Origin: Bacteriovoracaceae bacterium
Lineage (GTDB): Bacteria > Bdellovibrionota > Bacteriovoracia > Bacteriovoracales > Bacteriovoracaceae
Assembly (NCBI GenBank): GCA_965217035.1
Contig: OZ244226.1
Coordinates: 3,020,146-3,050,713, forward strand
Direction of reading: 5' to 3'
DNA: 30,568 bases
A program made the position numbers and the translations under genes. This document shows positions 1-9,854 of the stretch, piece by piece. Below the pieces are notes generated by a model. It was not told the DNA's origin. It ran no database searches and worked only from the letters and a program-made list of their open reading frames with translations. Positions within the stretch are counted from its first letter, which is position 1; every line of letters starts with the position of its first letter.

Positions 1-40
1 GTTATTAAAGCTTTTCAAAGTTTTTTTAATCCCTGTAAAT

Positions 41-1909
41 GTGTTGAAAGCTATTTTCTTAATCGTTCTATCCTTCCTCTTGATTGAAGTTGAACCTCTT
101 TTTATTTATATTTCTTTTTCGATTCTTTTTCTTTCTCCTGTTTTTAAAAATCTTCCAAGATCTTTGAATAATATTTTTCTTATTCTTATTACAAGTTATC
201 TCGCATTTTATTTTCAATTTGAGCTTCATCCCGAATCTGCAATTAGCTTTTTTCTAATTTTAACTGCTTTTAAGTTTACTCAGATTCAAGAAAGAAGAGA
301 TTTTGAATTTTTATTACATTGTCTTTTTATAGTCATAGGGGGAGGAGCACTCTTCAATAAAGAAATTTATTTTATTATATTTTCTTTTATGAGCATTCCT
401 TTTTTGTTTTTTCTTTTTCAATTGAAAGATTATCGAGCACATGATGGCTTAAATAAAGATAACCTTATTAATATTTTAAAAATTTTTTTTATGGCAAGTC
501 CTTTGATTGCTTCATTGTTTATATTTTTCCCTCGTTATAGATATTTTTTTCCAAGTTTAGGCTCTGATAACACCGGTAAAATAGGTTATACCCAGACCTT
601 AGAAAATAACTCGATATCTTCCTTGCGGCTTAATGGAGTCGCTGCTCTAAGAGTTTTTACTGATAAAGAATTAGCTACTTCTGACCTGTACTGGAGAGGA
701 AGAGTTTTTACTAAGACAGATGGTTTTAATTGGAAATATGACAGGACAATAAGATCACGAAAAATCTCTGAACCAAGTGGAAAAGGTTTTTTTAAGGCGA
801 TTTATCAACCTCTCCAAAATTTTCATGGAGACCTTATTGTTAAAGATTGGCCAACTCGATTAATAGGAGAAGATTTCATTGCTAAATACAATACTTCATT
901 TCAAACTTATTCGACTTATTTTAAAAATAATAAAAAGCAATATACTGCTTGGTCTGGTGAGAGCTTTACGCCTCTCGAACATACTAAGAAATACTTACAA
1001 TTACCTTTATTAGATAAAGATTTAGAAGAATCCTTGCCTCCAATTATTGAACAATCATTCGAAAATATTGTCTTATCTCTTAAAAGATGGATAGACCAAG
1101 AAGGCTTTGTTTATAGCTTGTCTCCAGGGAAGATGAAAGATCTTCAAGATTTTATTGAAAATAAAAAAGGATATTGTACTCATTATGCTGCTTTGTTAGC
1201 TCTATATTTAAGAATGCACCAAATCCCAAGTCGTATCGTTTCTGGTTTTCAAGGAGGAGATTATAATAATCTTGGAAAGTATTATCTTATCCGCTCTAAT
1301 GATGCTCATACCTGGGTTGAAGCTTTCGTTGATAAAAGCTGGAGAAGAATTGATCCAACAAGTTGGGTTGCTCCGGATAGAATTCTTGTCGGAGGACAAA
1401 AATATCTATCTCCCTATCCTTTTGCAAATAGTCTTAAAAGCTTATTAGGATTCGAGTTTAAAAGTTCTCGACTTTTAGCAAATTATTATAACTTTCAAAA
1501 ATACATTGACTATATTAATTCTCAAGTGAATCGTTTCTTTAATAATTTTAATCTTGAAGCGCAAAAAATGTTGGCAGAAAAACTTAATTTGAATTTAAGA
1601 TTGTTTTTCAGCCTCGTTTTAATTCTTCCAATATTCTTTGTACTCTTATACTTTTTGATCTTAAATCTTAATTTAAGAAGAATTAATAAATGGGAAAAAG
1701 TTCATAGATTGATGAATAAGGTTTTGGCTAAAAACGGATTTCATTGGAAATCGAATGAAGGAATTGAAGTTCTTTTAAGTAGACTTAACGGGCACCCAAA
1801 AGAGTCAGTTATTAAAAAGTCTTTAGATCTCTATATTTCACTTCGTTATCAGAGCTTAGAGAGTGATTCATCCTTTAAGAAGTTGAAATCATTGCTTCGG
1901 CAAATTTAA
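41..1909 (+). CDS. Membrane-bound transglutaminase-like protein (TgpA / DUF3488 + transglutaminase core); true start may lie upstream of the window
   Basis: Multi-TM N-terminus, LYWRG motif, and a catalytic triad pattern GYCTHYA (Cys), DAHTWVE (His), WRRIDPT (Asp), followed by a C-terminal TM. The frame is open back to position 2. Confidence 0.88.
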   Translation: MLKAIFLIVLSFLLIEVEPLFIYISFSILFLSPVFKNLPRSLNNIFLILITSYLAFYFQFELHPESAISFFLILTAFKFTQIQERRDFEFLLHCLFIVIGGGALFNKEIYFIIFSFMSIPFLFFLFQLKDYRAHDGLNKDNLINILKIFFMASPLIASLFIFFPRYRYFFPSLGSDNTGKIGYTQTLENNSISSLRLNGVAALRVFTDKELATSDLYWRGRVFTKTDGFNWKYDRTIRSRKISEPSGKGFFKAIYQPLQNFHGDLIVKDWPTRLIGEDFIAKYNTSFQTYSTYFKNNKKQYTAWSGESFTPLEHTKKYLQLPLLDKDLEESLPPIIEQSFENIVLSLKRWIDQEGFVYSLSPGKMKDLQDFIENKKGYCTHYAALLALYLRMHQIPSRIVSGFQGGDYNNLGKYYLIRSNDAHTWVEAFVDKSWRRIDPTSWVAPDRILVGGQKYLSPYPFANSLKSLLGFEFKSSRLLANYYNFQKYIDYINSQVNRFFNNFNLEAQKMLAEKLNLNLRLFFSLVLILPIFFVLLYFLILNLNLRRINKWEKVHRLMNKVLAKNGFHWKSNEGIEVLLSRLNGHPKESVIKKSLDLYISLRYQSLESDSSFKKLKSLLRQI

Positions 1910-1926
1910 CCTTTCCGTTTTAAATT

Positions 1927-1953
1927 ATTAGTTTTACGAGGTAAATCCGATAA
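1927..1953 (+). promoter_or_regulatory. Putative sigma-28 (FliA)-type promoter of the histidine kinase gene
   Basis: ATTAGTTT-N11-TCCGATAA versus consensus TAAAGTTT-N11-GCCGATAA. The -10 ends 7 nt before ATG 1961. Confidence 0.45.
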
Positions 1954-1960
1954 GATATTG

Positions 1961-4105
1961 ATGGAAAAAAGAGTCAAGAATCATTATCCTCCACCCGAGT
2001 TCATTGCAATGTTTGTTATTGCTGGAATTGTGATATTTGCTCAAATTCTCACTACAATTCATTTTGATAATCAGGAGAAAAATGCTGAAATTATAAATAT
2101 CTCCGGACGTCAAAGAATGTTTTCTCAAAAATTATTAAGATTGGCACTAGAGTTTAAAATAACTAAAGATCGATCAATCTCTCAAAAATCAGAAGAAATC
2201 ATTAAAAGATTTGAGAAAACAAATGAAAAACTTTTAACAAACTCTGATTATAATGTTCTTAATACTCAAGCAACATCGTTGAGGTTGAAAAGTCTCACCA
2301 AGGTCATTCAAGATATAAAACAAGACTTAGTCTGTATTTATTCTCGATGTCCAAGTAGTTCATTTCATTTTAAATCTTTGATGAAAAAATCAGAAGACTT
2401 TTTAGAAAAAATGGAGCTTATTGTTGCTGATTATGAAACTAAGACGAAAAAAAGAATGGAATGGGTTAAGTATTCCGAAATATTTTTCATGTTGTTGCTA
2501 ACAATCGTATTGTTTCTATTAGGTTTCAAACTAGTAGCGAATATTAATCGAGAGCAGAGAGAAAAAGTTGATAAACTTTCAAAGAAATATAACCTGACAA
2601 GCGAAATTGAAAGAGTTGCCTCTATTGGAAGCTGGGAACTTGATGTTGCTTTTGAAAGGACAACATGGAGTGATGAAATCTATCGTATTCATGAAATTCC
2701 CTTAGGAACTCCTACTAATAAAATTGAAGCACTTGAATACTATGCCGAGCATGACAGAGAAAGAATTACTCAATGTTTAAATGATTGTATCACCTTAAAA
2801 AAGAAATATGATGAGGATTTTGATTTTATTGATGCGAAAGGTATTGAGAAAAGGGTTAGAGCGATTGGGGAGCCTGTTGTGAATAAAAAGGGTGAAGTTT
2901 ATAAACTCGTTGGAGTTTTTCAAGATATAACCGAGTCATATCTTAAAGAGAAAGAACTTGAGAAACAAACTAAAATGGCCAATCTTAATTCTAAGCTTGC
3001 TTCAATAGGAAGTTTAGCGGCAGGTGTTGGTCATGAGATTAATAATCCTCTTGCGATTATTAAAGGTTATATGGAGTTAATACAGGACAAAGTTAGTCCT
3101 GATGATCCGAATTATGACGATATCGTAGAAAAGTTTAATAAATGCCACACAGGTGTTGATCGAATCGCTAAAATTGTTACTGGACTTAGAGCTCTTTCTC
3201 ATTCATCTAATCGAGAAGGAAATATTTTTTCTTCCAATGAAGCGATTAAAAATTCTCTTTCTATGATAAAAGAAATCTATCTTCTAGAAGGTATTAAAAT
3301 TACATTTGAAGGATTGGAAGATAGTTATATTCTTGGAGATCAGGTTGGTTTTTCTCAGGTTATTATGAATCTCATTTCGAATGCTAAAGATGCAACGGAA
3401 GGGAAAAAAGAACGATTGATAAATGTGAAAATTTTTAGAGCAGATAATAATGTTGCTATATCCGTTTGGGATAATGGTTCAGGTATCCCAAAAGAAGTCA
3501 AAAATAAAATATTTGATCCATTCTTTACAACTAAAGGTGTTAATAAAGGGGTTGGTATTGGTCTCTCAATTAGTCATAGTATTGTGAAAAAGTATGATGG
3601 CGATATCGAATGTCAGTCTAGTGATGAGGGAACTATCTTTACTTTGTTTTTTCCTGTTCAAGAAAATCCAATGCCAATTGTTGCGGAAGAAGATAAAAAT
3701 GAATTAAGTTACACACCTGAAAACTTAAGAATTCTTCTTCTCGATGATGAACCAGAAATTCGTTTTATTTTAGGAGAAATTTTAGAAGACATAGGTCATG
3801 AAGTTGCAAGTTTCGGAGATGGTTTAAGTGCTTTAAAATATTTAAAGTCTCATTCAGTTGATTTGATTATTTCAGATGTCAAAATGCCTATAATGAATGG
3901 AGAACAGTTTTTTTATAATATTCAAGAGCTTGGAATTGATGTAAAGTTCTTCTTTTCAACAGGTGGGATGAACCCTGAAAAAGAACTTTCAAAAGAGATT
4001 TTGACTCAAGTCGATGGAATTCTTTATAAGCCTTATGAGCATCAAACATTAATGAAGATTATTGGTCAATGCTTCAAATCCGATCATTATAAGAAGTCGG
4101 CGTAA
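1961..4105 (+). CDS. Hybrid sensor histidine kinase (TM - PilJ/NarX-like sensor - TM - PAS - HisKA - HATPase - REC)
   Basis: INISGRQRMFSQK (PilJ/NarX-type N-terminal motif); IGSWE..WSDEIYRIH (PAS); AGVGHEINNPL (H box); NLISNAKDA, DNGSGIP, FDPFFTTK, GVGIGLS (N/G1/F/G2 boxes); LLLDDE..IISDVKMP..KP (receiver). ATG 1961 preferred over TTG 1958. Confidence 0.93.
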   Translation: MEKRVKNHYPPPEFIAMFVIAGIVIFAQILTTIHFDNQEKNAEIINISGRQRMFSQKLLRLALEFKITKDRSISQKSEEIIKRFEKTNEKLLTNSDYNVLNTQATSLRLKSLTKVIQDIKQDLVCIYSRCPSSSFHFKSLMKKSEDFLEKMELIVADYETKTKKRMEWVKYSEIFFMLLLTIVLFLLGFKLVANINREQREKVDKLSKKYNLTSEIERVASIGSWELDVAFERTTWSDEIYRIHEIPLGTPTNKIEALEYYAEHDRERITQCLNDCITLKKKYDEDFDFIDAKGIEKRVRAIGEPVVNKKGEVYKLVGVFQDITESYLKEKELEKQTKMANLNSKLASIGSLAAGVGHEINNPLAIIKGYMELIQDKVSPDDPNYDDIVEKFNKCHTGVDRIAKIVTGLRALSHSSNREGNIFSSNEAIKNSLSMIKEIYLLEGIKITFEGLEDSYILGDQVGFSQVIMNLISNAKDATEGKKERLINVKIFRADNNVAISVWDNGSGIPKEVKNKIFDPFFTTKGVNKGVGIGLSISHSIVKKYDGDIECQSSDEGTIFTLFFPVQENPMPIVAEEDKNELSYTPENLRILLLDDEPEIRFILGEILEDIGHEVASFGDGLSALKYLKSHSVDLIISDVKMPIMNGEQFFYNIQELGIDVKFFFSTGGMNPEKELSKEILTQVDGILYKPYEHQTLMKIIGQCFKSDHYKKSA

Positions 4106-4195
4106 GTTTTTAGAATTATTAATTTAAATTTTTTTAGATGTTTGCCATAAGATAGTAGCATTTAAGGACGTCATAGGCCCCTTAAATAAGTTTAG

Positions 4196-4306
4196 CTCTG
4201 GTTTTCTTTACCTATTTATTGGGGAAATAATACTGCTGGGAAATTAGGAGATGGTTCAGCAAGTCAACAGATTATTTCTGCTATAATCAATGACTCGAAC
4301 ATCTAG
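4196..4306 (+). pseudogene. Start-less fragment resembling one RCC1/BLIP-II repeat
   Basis: The frame between stops at 4193-4195 and 4304-4306 reads LWFSLPIYWGNNTAGKLGDGSASQQIISAIINDSNI, matching the RCC1 consensus YxWGxNxxGQLGDG. Confidence 0.5.
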
Positions 4307-4314
4307 TTTTAATT

Positions 4315-4323
4315 TGTTATAAT
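4315..4323 (+). promoter_or_regulatory. Extended -10 sigma-70 promoter, probably leaderless
   Basis: TGTTATAAT (TGn-TATAAT) lies 6 nt before ATG 4330 with no SD. A second TGCTATAAT occurs at 4279-4287. Confidence 0.6.
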
Positions 4324-4329
4324 TCTTTT

Positions 4330-4746
4330 ATGGATTTTTACTTCGATGAAGAGGGGACTCGTTTTCTCACTTCACATTTTCTTCAAAAACGTGGGCACTG
4401 TTGCAAAAGTTCTTGCTTGCATTGTCCTTATGGTCATACTCTAAATACAGTAGGGCTTAGCTTTACACCTTACGTTGATGAAAAAAAAATAATTTTAAAA
4501 ACTCTTAATGAAAATGGTTATAACCTAGAAAAGAATTTCGTGAACGATCTTTTAAGTGATGCTCTTAATGAAAAAACAAAAGAGATTGATATTGAAGTTT
4601 TAATTCATGAAGGGATTCAGATCCTTTCTTTAAAAACATTTTATTGTGGATTTTATGTCCCGAAAACAGGAGATCTTTTCTTAAATCTCAATTTTAAATA
4701 TCAAGGAATTACAAAAGAACTTGTCGAAACTCAATTCGCACAATAA
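4330..4746 (+). CDS. DUF5522-like Cys/His-cluster protein with C-terminal extension
   Basis: The N-terminal DFYFDEEG..T..FLQKRGHCCKSSCLHCPYG matches the RGxCCxxxCxHCPY family motif. Confidence 0.75.
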   Translation: MDFYFDEEGTRFLTSHFLQKRGHCCKSSCLHCPYGHTLNTVGLSFTPYVDEKKIILKTLNENGYNLEKNFVNDLLSDALNEKTKEIDIEVLIHEGIQILSLKTFYCGFYVPKTGDLFLNLNFKYQGITKELVETQFAQ

Positions 4747-5486
4747 TTTCTAACAATTCTTTTGAGTCTTTTAACTTCGGATTTTTTCTCTAGATGTAAA
4801 GCTCCGCCACCATACTTGTTGATAGATTCAGTTGATTCAGAAGCCGTGTAGACTTTAGGTCTATTAGAATAATTACTATCGATATAATGGATATCGTAAT
4901 AGATATTGTCTTGGATTTTTCTTTTATTCATTCTGTAAATTAACCAAGCATGAGATTCAATTCCTGGTAGTTGAAATTTCGCATAAGCAATATTTTCTTC
5001 AATCTCAACATGATTATAAAGTTTCTCGAGCTTCTTTTTCATTCCTTTTTTGAAGTGACTTTTTCCTGTTAAGCCAATAATCCAAGCGAATTTAAGTATT
5101 CCATCTTTGAGTTGCCACTTATTCAATTGTCTTTGGATATATCTTTGGTAGTCCTTTGAGAATTCATTGAGATTTGCATAGCCAGGGATGATCAAAACTT
5201 TTCTTCCTCTTATCATTTTTCGAATAAGTTTTTTATAAAATCGCGGTTTAACCTTTTCTTTCTTCAAATCAAATTTTACTAGGTAGTGAGCATTTCTTTG
5301 AAAGCGAGAGTGCCACCAACAAACTCCTCCGTTAAAGAGACCACCTGTATTATCAAAGGCGATAAGGTTCTTTGGATTCTCAAAAGCTCTTTGCTGTTGT
5401 CGAAAACTTTGTCTCGTGTGACAAAATTCTTTTTTTGAAGACGCAAAGAGACTGAGAGGAAGCAAGGACAAAATCAAAATTTTCAT
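4731..5486 (-). CDS. Secreted basic hypothetical protein, possible papain-fold (C58/YopT-like) peptidase
   Basis: Signal peptide MKILILSLLPLSLFA from ATG 5486; GGVCWWHS, ESHAWLIY and YIDSN motifs in Cys-His-Asp order. Confidence 0.7.
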   Translation of the reverse strand: MKILILSLLPLSLFASSKKEFCHTRQSFRQQQRAFENPKNLIAFDNTGGLFNGGVCWWHSRFQRNAHYLVKFDLKKEKVKPRFYKKLIRKMIRGRKVLIIPGYANLNEFSKDYQRYIQRQLNKWQLKDGILKFAWIIGLTGKSHFKKGMKKKLEKLYNHVEIEENIAYAKFQLPGIESHAWLIYRMNKRKIQDNIYYDIHYIDSNYSNRPKVYTASESTESINKYGGGALHLEKKSEVKRLKRIVRNYCAN

Positions 5487-5558
5487 ATTTAAATTGTGAC
5501 GAGAATTAAGCATATTGTGGAGGGATGTAGGCCAATAGTAGTTGAGGATAACACTTTG

Positions 5559-5587
5559 CTGACAATGAATTTTGTTCTCACTACAAT
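5559..5587 (+). promoter_or_regulatory. Sigma-70 promoter of the SDR gene, probably leaderless
   Basis: CTGACA(5559-5564)-N17-TACAAT(5582-5587)-N6-ATG(5594), with no SD. Confidence 0.6.
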
Positions 5588-5593
5588 GATTTC

Positions 5594-6331
5594 ATGAATA
5601 TTTTTATCACTGGTGGTACGACAGGAATTGGAAAGCAATTAGCACTTGATTATGTTAAACAGGGGCACAGAGTTGGTATTTGTGGTCGTTCTAGTGAAAA
5701 GTATACAAAAGATTTAGAAGAGACTGAAGGGATTCGATTTTACAAAGCCGACGTTTTTTATCAAGGACAAATTCAACAAGTTGTCGATCAATTCGTAAAA
5801 GAGAATGGTTCTCTCGATATATTTTATGCTAATGCCGGAATAGGGGCAGGTAGAAAAGTTAAAGAACCCAAAATCGAAAGAGATAAGCAAGTTACTGATA
5901 TAAACGTCACTGGTTTTCTTAATTCTATGGCCGCTGCACTCTCGCATATGATAAAGCAAAAATCTGGAAAGATTATAACTGTTTCATCATTGGGTGCACT
6001 TTTTGGTCTTCCAGGAAATGCAGCTTATTGTGCTTCTAAAGCCTTTGTTAGAACCTATTCAGAATCGATGGCCATAGACCTTAAACAATTTGGGATTACT
6101 CTTACATGTGTTCTCCCTGGTTATATTCGGACACCTTTAACAATGAAGAATAATCATCCTATGCCATTTTTAATGGATGTCGAGAAAGCAACCGAGCTCA
6201 TTCGAAAGGCCGTAAAAAAAGGGAAGCATTATTACGGCTTCCCTTGGATATTTAGTTCTGCATGTCATACTTTTGGTGCTTTACCAAAAATAATTCTTTA
6301 TTGGGTCCTTGGAAAAATTAGATACCGCTAG
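5594..6331 (+). CDS. Short-chain dehydrogenase/reductase (classical SDR)
   Basis: ITGGTTGIG Rossmann motif, ANAG, catalytic S..YCASK, PGYIRTPLT, and HPMPFLM. Confidence 0.95.
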   Translation: MNIFITGGTTGIGKQLALDYVKQGHRVGICGRSSEKYTKDLEETEGIRFYKADVFYQGQIQQVVDQFVKENGSLDIFYANAGIGAGRKVKEPKIERDKQVTDINVTGFLNSMAAALSHMIKQKSGKIITVSSLGALFGLPGNAAYCASKAFVRTYSESMAIDLKQFGITLTCVLPGYIRTPLTMKNNHPMPFLMDVEKATELIRKAVKKGKHYYGFPWIFSSACHTFGALPKIILYWVLGKIRYR

Positions 6332-8309
6332 TTTTTAATTTAATGGCAAACAAATCATCATCTTCAGTTCTTTGATCATCAGGGATTTTAAATTCTTCTT
6401 CTTTTTTCTCTTCAGTTTTAGGTTTTGGTACAAGAGTTTCAAAAGCTTTTGATAAACTTTTTTTAAACTTATTTTTTCTCTCGTTCATAATTTTTGTTTC
6501 GATATCAGGTTTTACACCATTATTCTCGAGGTAAGAAGCTTCTTCATCAGATCTTACAATTAAAGATTCTGTTTGTCTGAGGACCATACTACTGTTAGGT
6601 GCTTGAAAGTGAGAAGTTACATTACCGCCAGCTCCCATGGTTTGAACTCCGATAACTTTACCAAGTTTATTATCTTGAAACATGGCGGTGAAAATATCAC
6701 ACATTGAAGCACAGACTTCGTTTGTAACAAGGACCATCTCAAATTCAACAATTTTCTTGTTCACTTTCAATTCTGTGTTAGGAACGATTTGAAATGGATA
6801 AAGACTTTGAAAGCTCATTGTTGTTGAGAGGATTTCTCCTTTGTCTCTTTGTTCTGCTAACTCAACATAAGTCCTTCTTGCCATTTCTTTTTCAAAATCA
6901 CCTGCACCAGAGAGACTTTTATTATGGAAACTATCAATCCAACCTTCATTAAGAGCATATTGAATTTTTGCAAGTTCTACCTTTTTTGTTGTAAGTGCTT
7001 GGATCAATTTGAGTCCTAGGTTAAGAGAACCACCGCCGTTATCAATTAAGTCGAGTACCAACTTTTTTACTCCGAAATCAGCAAAGTACTTAATAGTTGT
7101 CTTAAATTCCTTGATGACATCCTCTGGTTTAGCAGCAGGATTAAAAGTATTGAGATTGATCACACCAATCTTTTCTCTTTCTTTGTCCTTATTAAGCTTG
7201 AAGGTAATATAAGCGGGATAAATTTTGCTGCTATCAACTTTATAACTACCGGCAGGAACATGACGCTTTTCTTTTAATTTCTCATAAGGTGTTTTTTTAT
7301 TTTTTTTCTTTTGATCTGAAAAATAAGCTTCAAAAAGACTTAACATTGACCAAAGGTATTCTTCCTCAGGAAGTTTAAAAGTATCGTTGACATCAAAAGC
7401 ATTAATTTCTTTGTAAAAACGAGTCTGAATAGTTTCAAAGTCTTTCTCAGTTTTTAAAATTGATTCGATCTGCTCAAAACTAATCATCCCTTGAGCAATA
7501 AATTGAGTCATTGATTTTAAGATTTCAAACTGTCCATCAGTAATGTCTCTATCGTATTCAGAGTTGCCCGATTCTTTCGCCGCTTTCTTCTTTATAGCAT
7601 TTTTTTGCTCTTTTCTAAAAGTTACAAAGTCTTTAGTTACCCATGGGATTTCAACTTCAAATTCCTTAGAACCCCTTTTGACTTTTAAAAGTGCCATGTC
7701 CTTTTTTGGAAGAGGAACTTTATGAGAGTGACGTGTAAAAAGTGACTTAAGAAGAATCGTTTTATTGGACTCATCATTTCCAAGATTTCTATAAGGGAGG
7801 ACCTGTTCTTGGAGAGCTTCTAATAAAGGTTGTCCGTCGAGCTCTAGAATGACATCCTTTTCTTTGATTGGATAATAAGAAGCTTTTTCTATTATATTGA
7901 GATCTTTTGTCCGAATACTAGGAAGAATTTTTTTGACTAGAAAATTTTTTCCGTCTCTGATTCCAGTAAAGCCTAAATAAGCTATCTTGGAGCGACCAGG
8001 AAGACTTGAAAGTTGAATACTTCCTGAAGTGTGGGCATCTTTGAACTCAGCAATAAATTTATGCATAAGTTGAAAAAAATCTGAATTTTCTTGATCGATT
8101 TTTGCATTCTCTAAGTACTGTTCTTTTAACTCTTTATAATTAAAACCATGAAGCTCTTCTTTCATCGCCTTAGGAGCATAGTTATGATCAAACTTAGAAA
8201 AGAGCCAATACATATCAGCAACTCTTTCTTGCTCTGTTAATTTTCTTGCTGGTTCTGGCTTGCAACCAATAAGAAATAGAATACTTAATGTCAGTACGAT
8301 AAAACGCAT
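6318..8309 (-). CDS. S41-family serine protease lipoprotein, CPAF-like
   Basis: Lipobox LIGC(16); NYAP, FKDAHT (His), PDZ-like segment, LDLIDNGGGS, CASMCD (Ser), GVQTMGAGG, YLENNGVKPD. Confidence 0.85.
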   Translation of the reverse strand: MRFIVLTLSILFLIGCKPEPARKLTEQERVADMYWLFSKFDHNYAPKAMKEELHGFNYKELKEQYLENAKIDQENSDFFQLMHKFIAEFKDAHTSGSIQLSSLPGRSKIAYLGFTGIRDGKNFLVKKILPSIRTKDLNIIEKASYYPIKEKDVILELDGQPLLEALQEQVLPYRNLGNDESNKTILLKSLFTRHSHKVPLPKKDMALLKVKRGSKEFEVEIPWVTKDFVTFRKEQKNAIKKKAAKESGNSEYDRDITDGQFEILKSMTQFIAQGMISFEQIESILKTEKDFETIQTRFYKEINAFDVNDTFKLPEEEYLWSMLSLFEAYFSDQKKKNKKTPYEKLKEKRHVPAGSYKVDSSKIYPAYITFKLNKDKEREKIGVINLNTFNPAAKPEDVIKEFKTTIKYFADFGVKKLVLDLIDNGGGSLNLGLKLIQALTTKKVELAKIQYALNEGWIDSFHNKSLSGAGDFEKEMARRTYVELAEQRDKGEILSTTMSFQSLYPFQIVPNTELKVNKKIVEFEMVLVTNEVCASMCDIFTAMFQDNKLGKVIGVQTMGAGGNVTSHFQAPNSSMVLRQTESLIVRSDEEASYLENNGVKPDIETKIMNERKNKFKKSLSKAFETLVPKPKTEEKKEEEFKIPDDQRTEDDDLFAIKLKTSGI

Positions 8310-8312
8310 TTG

Positions 8313-9708
<1,396 letters not shown>

Positions 9709-9854
9709 TTAAAACTATCATAATGGATGAAGGTTTAACATAGAGGAGTAGTGAAAGACTCTTACTTTGGCGCAATTTTTTTGACTCCATCAGCGTACAA
9801 AAACAGCAATAGATCTCATTTCCCCAAAATTCAAGGCCTAAGGAGAAAACGTCA

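Noticed and set aside
4160..4187. Hairpin ATTTAAGG/CCTTAAAT as a terminator or ncRNA
   Set aside because: AT-rich stem with a 12-nt loop and no clear U-tract; too weak to call.
4290..4322. Mini-ORF MTRTSSFNLL as a leader peptide
   Set aside because: No SD, too close to the upstream -10 box to be transcribed from it, and no informative codon bias.
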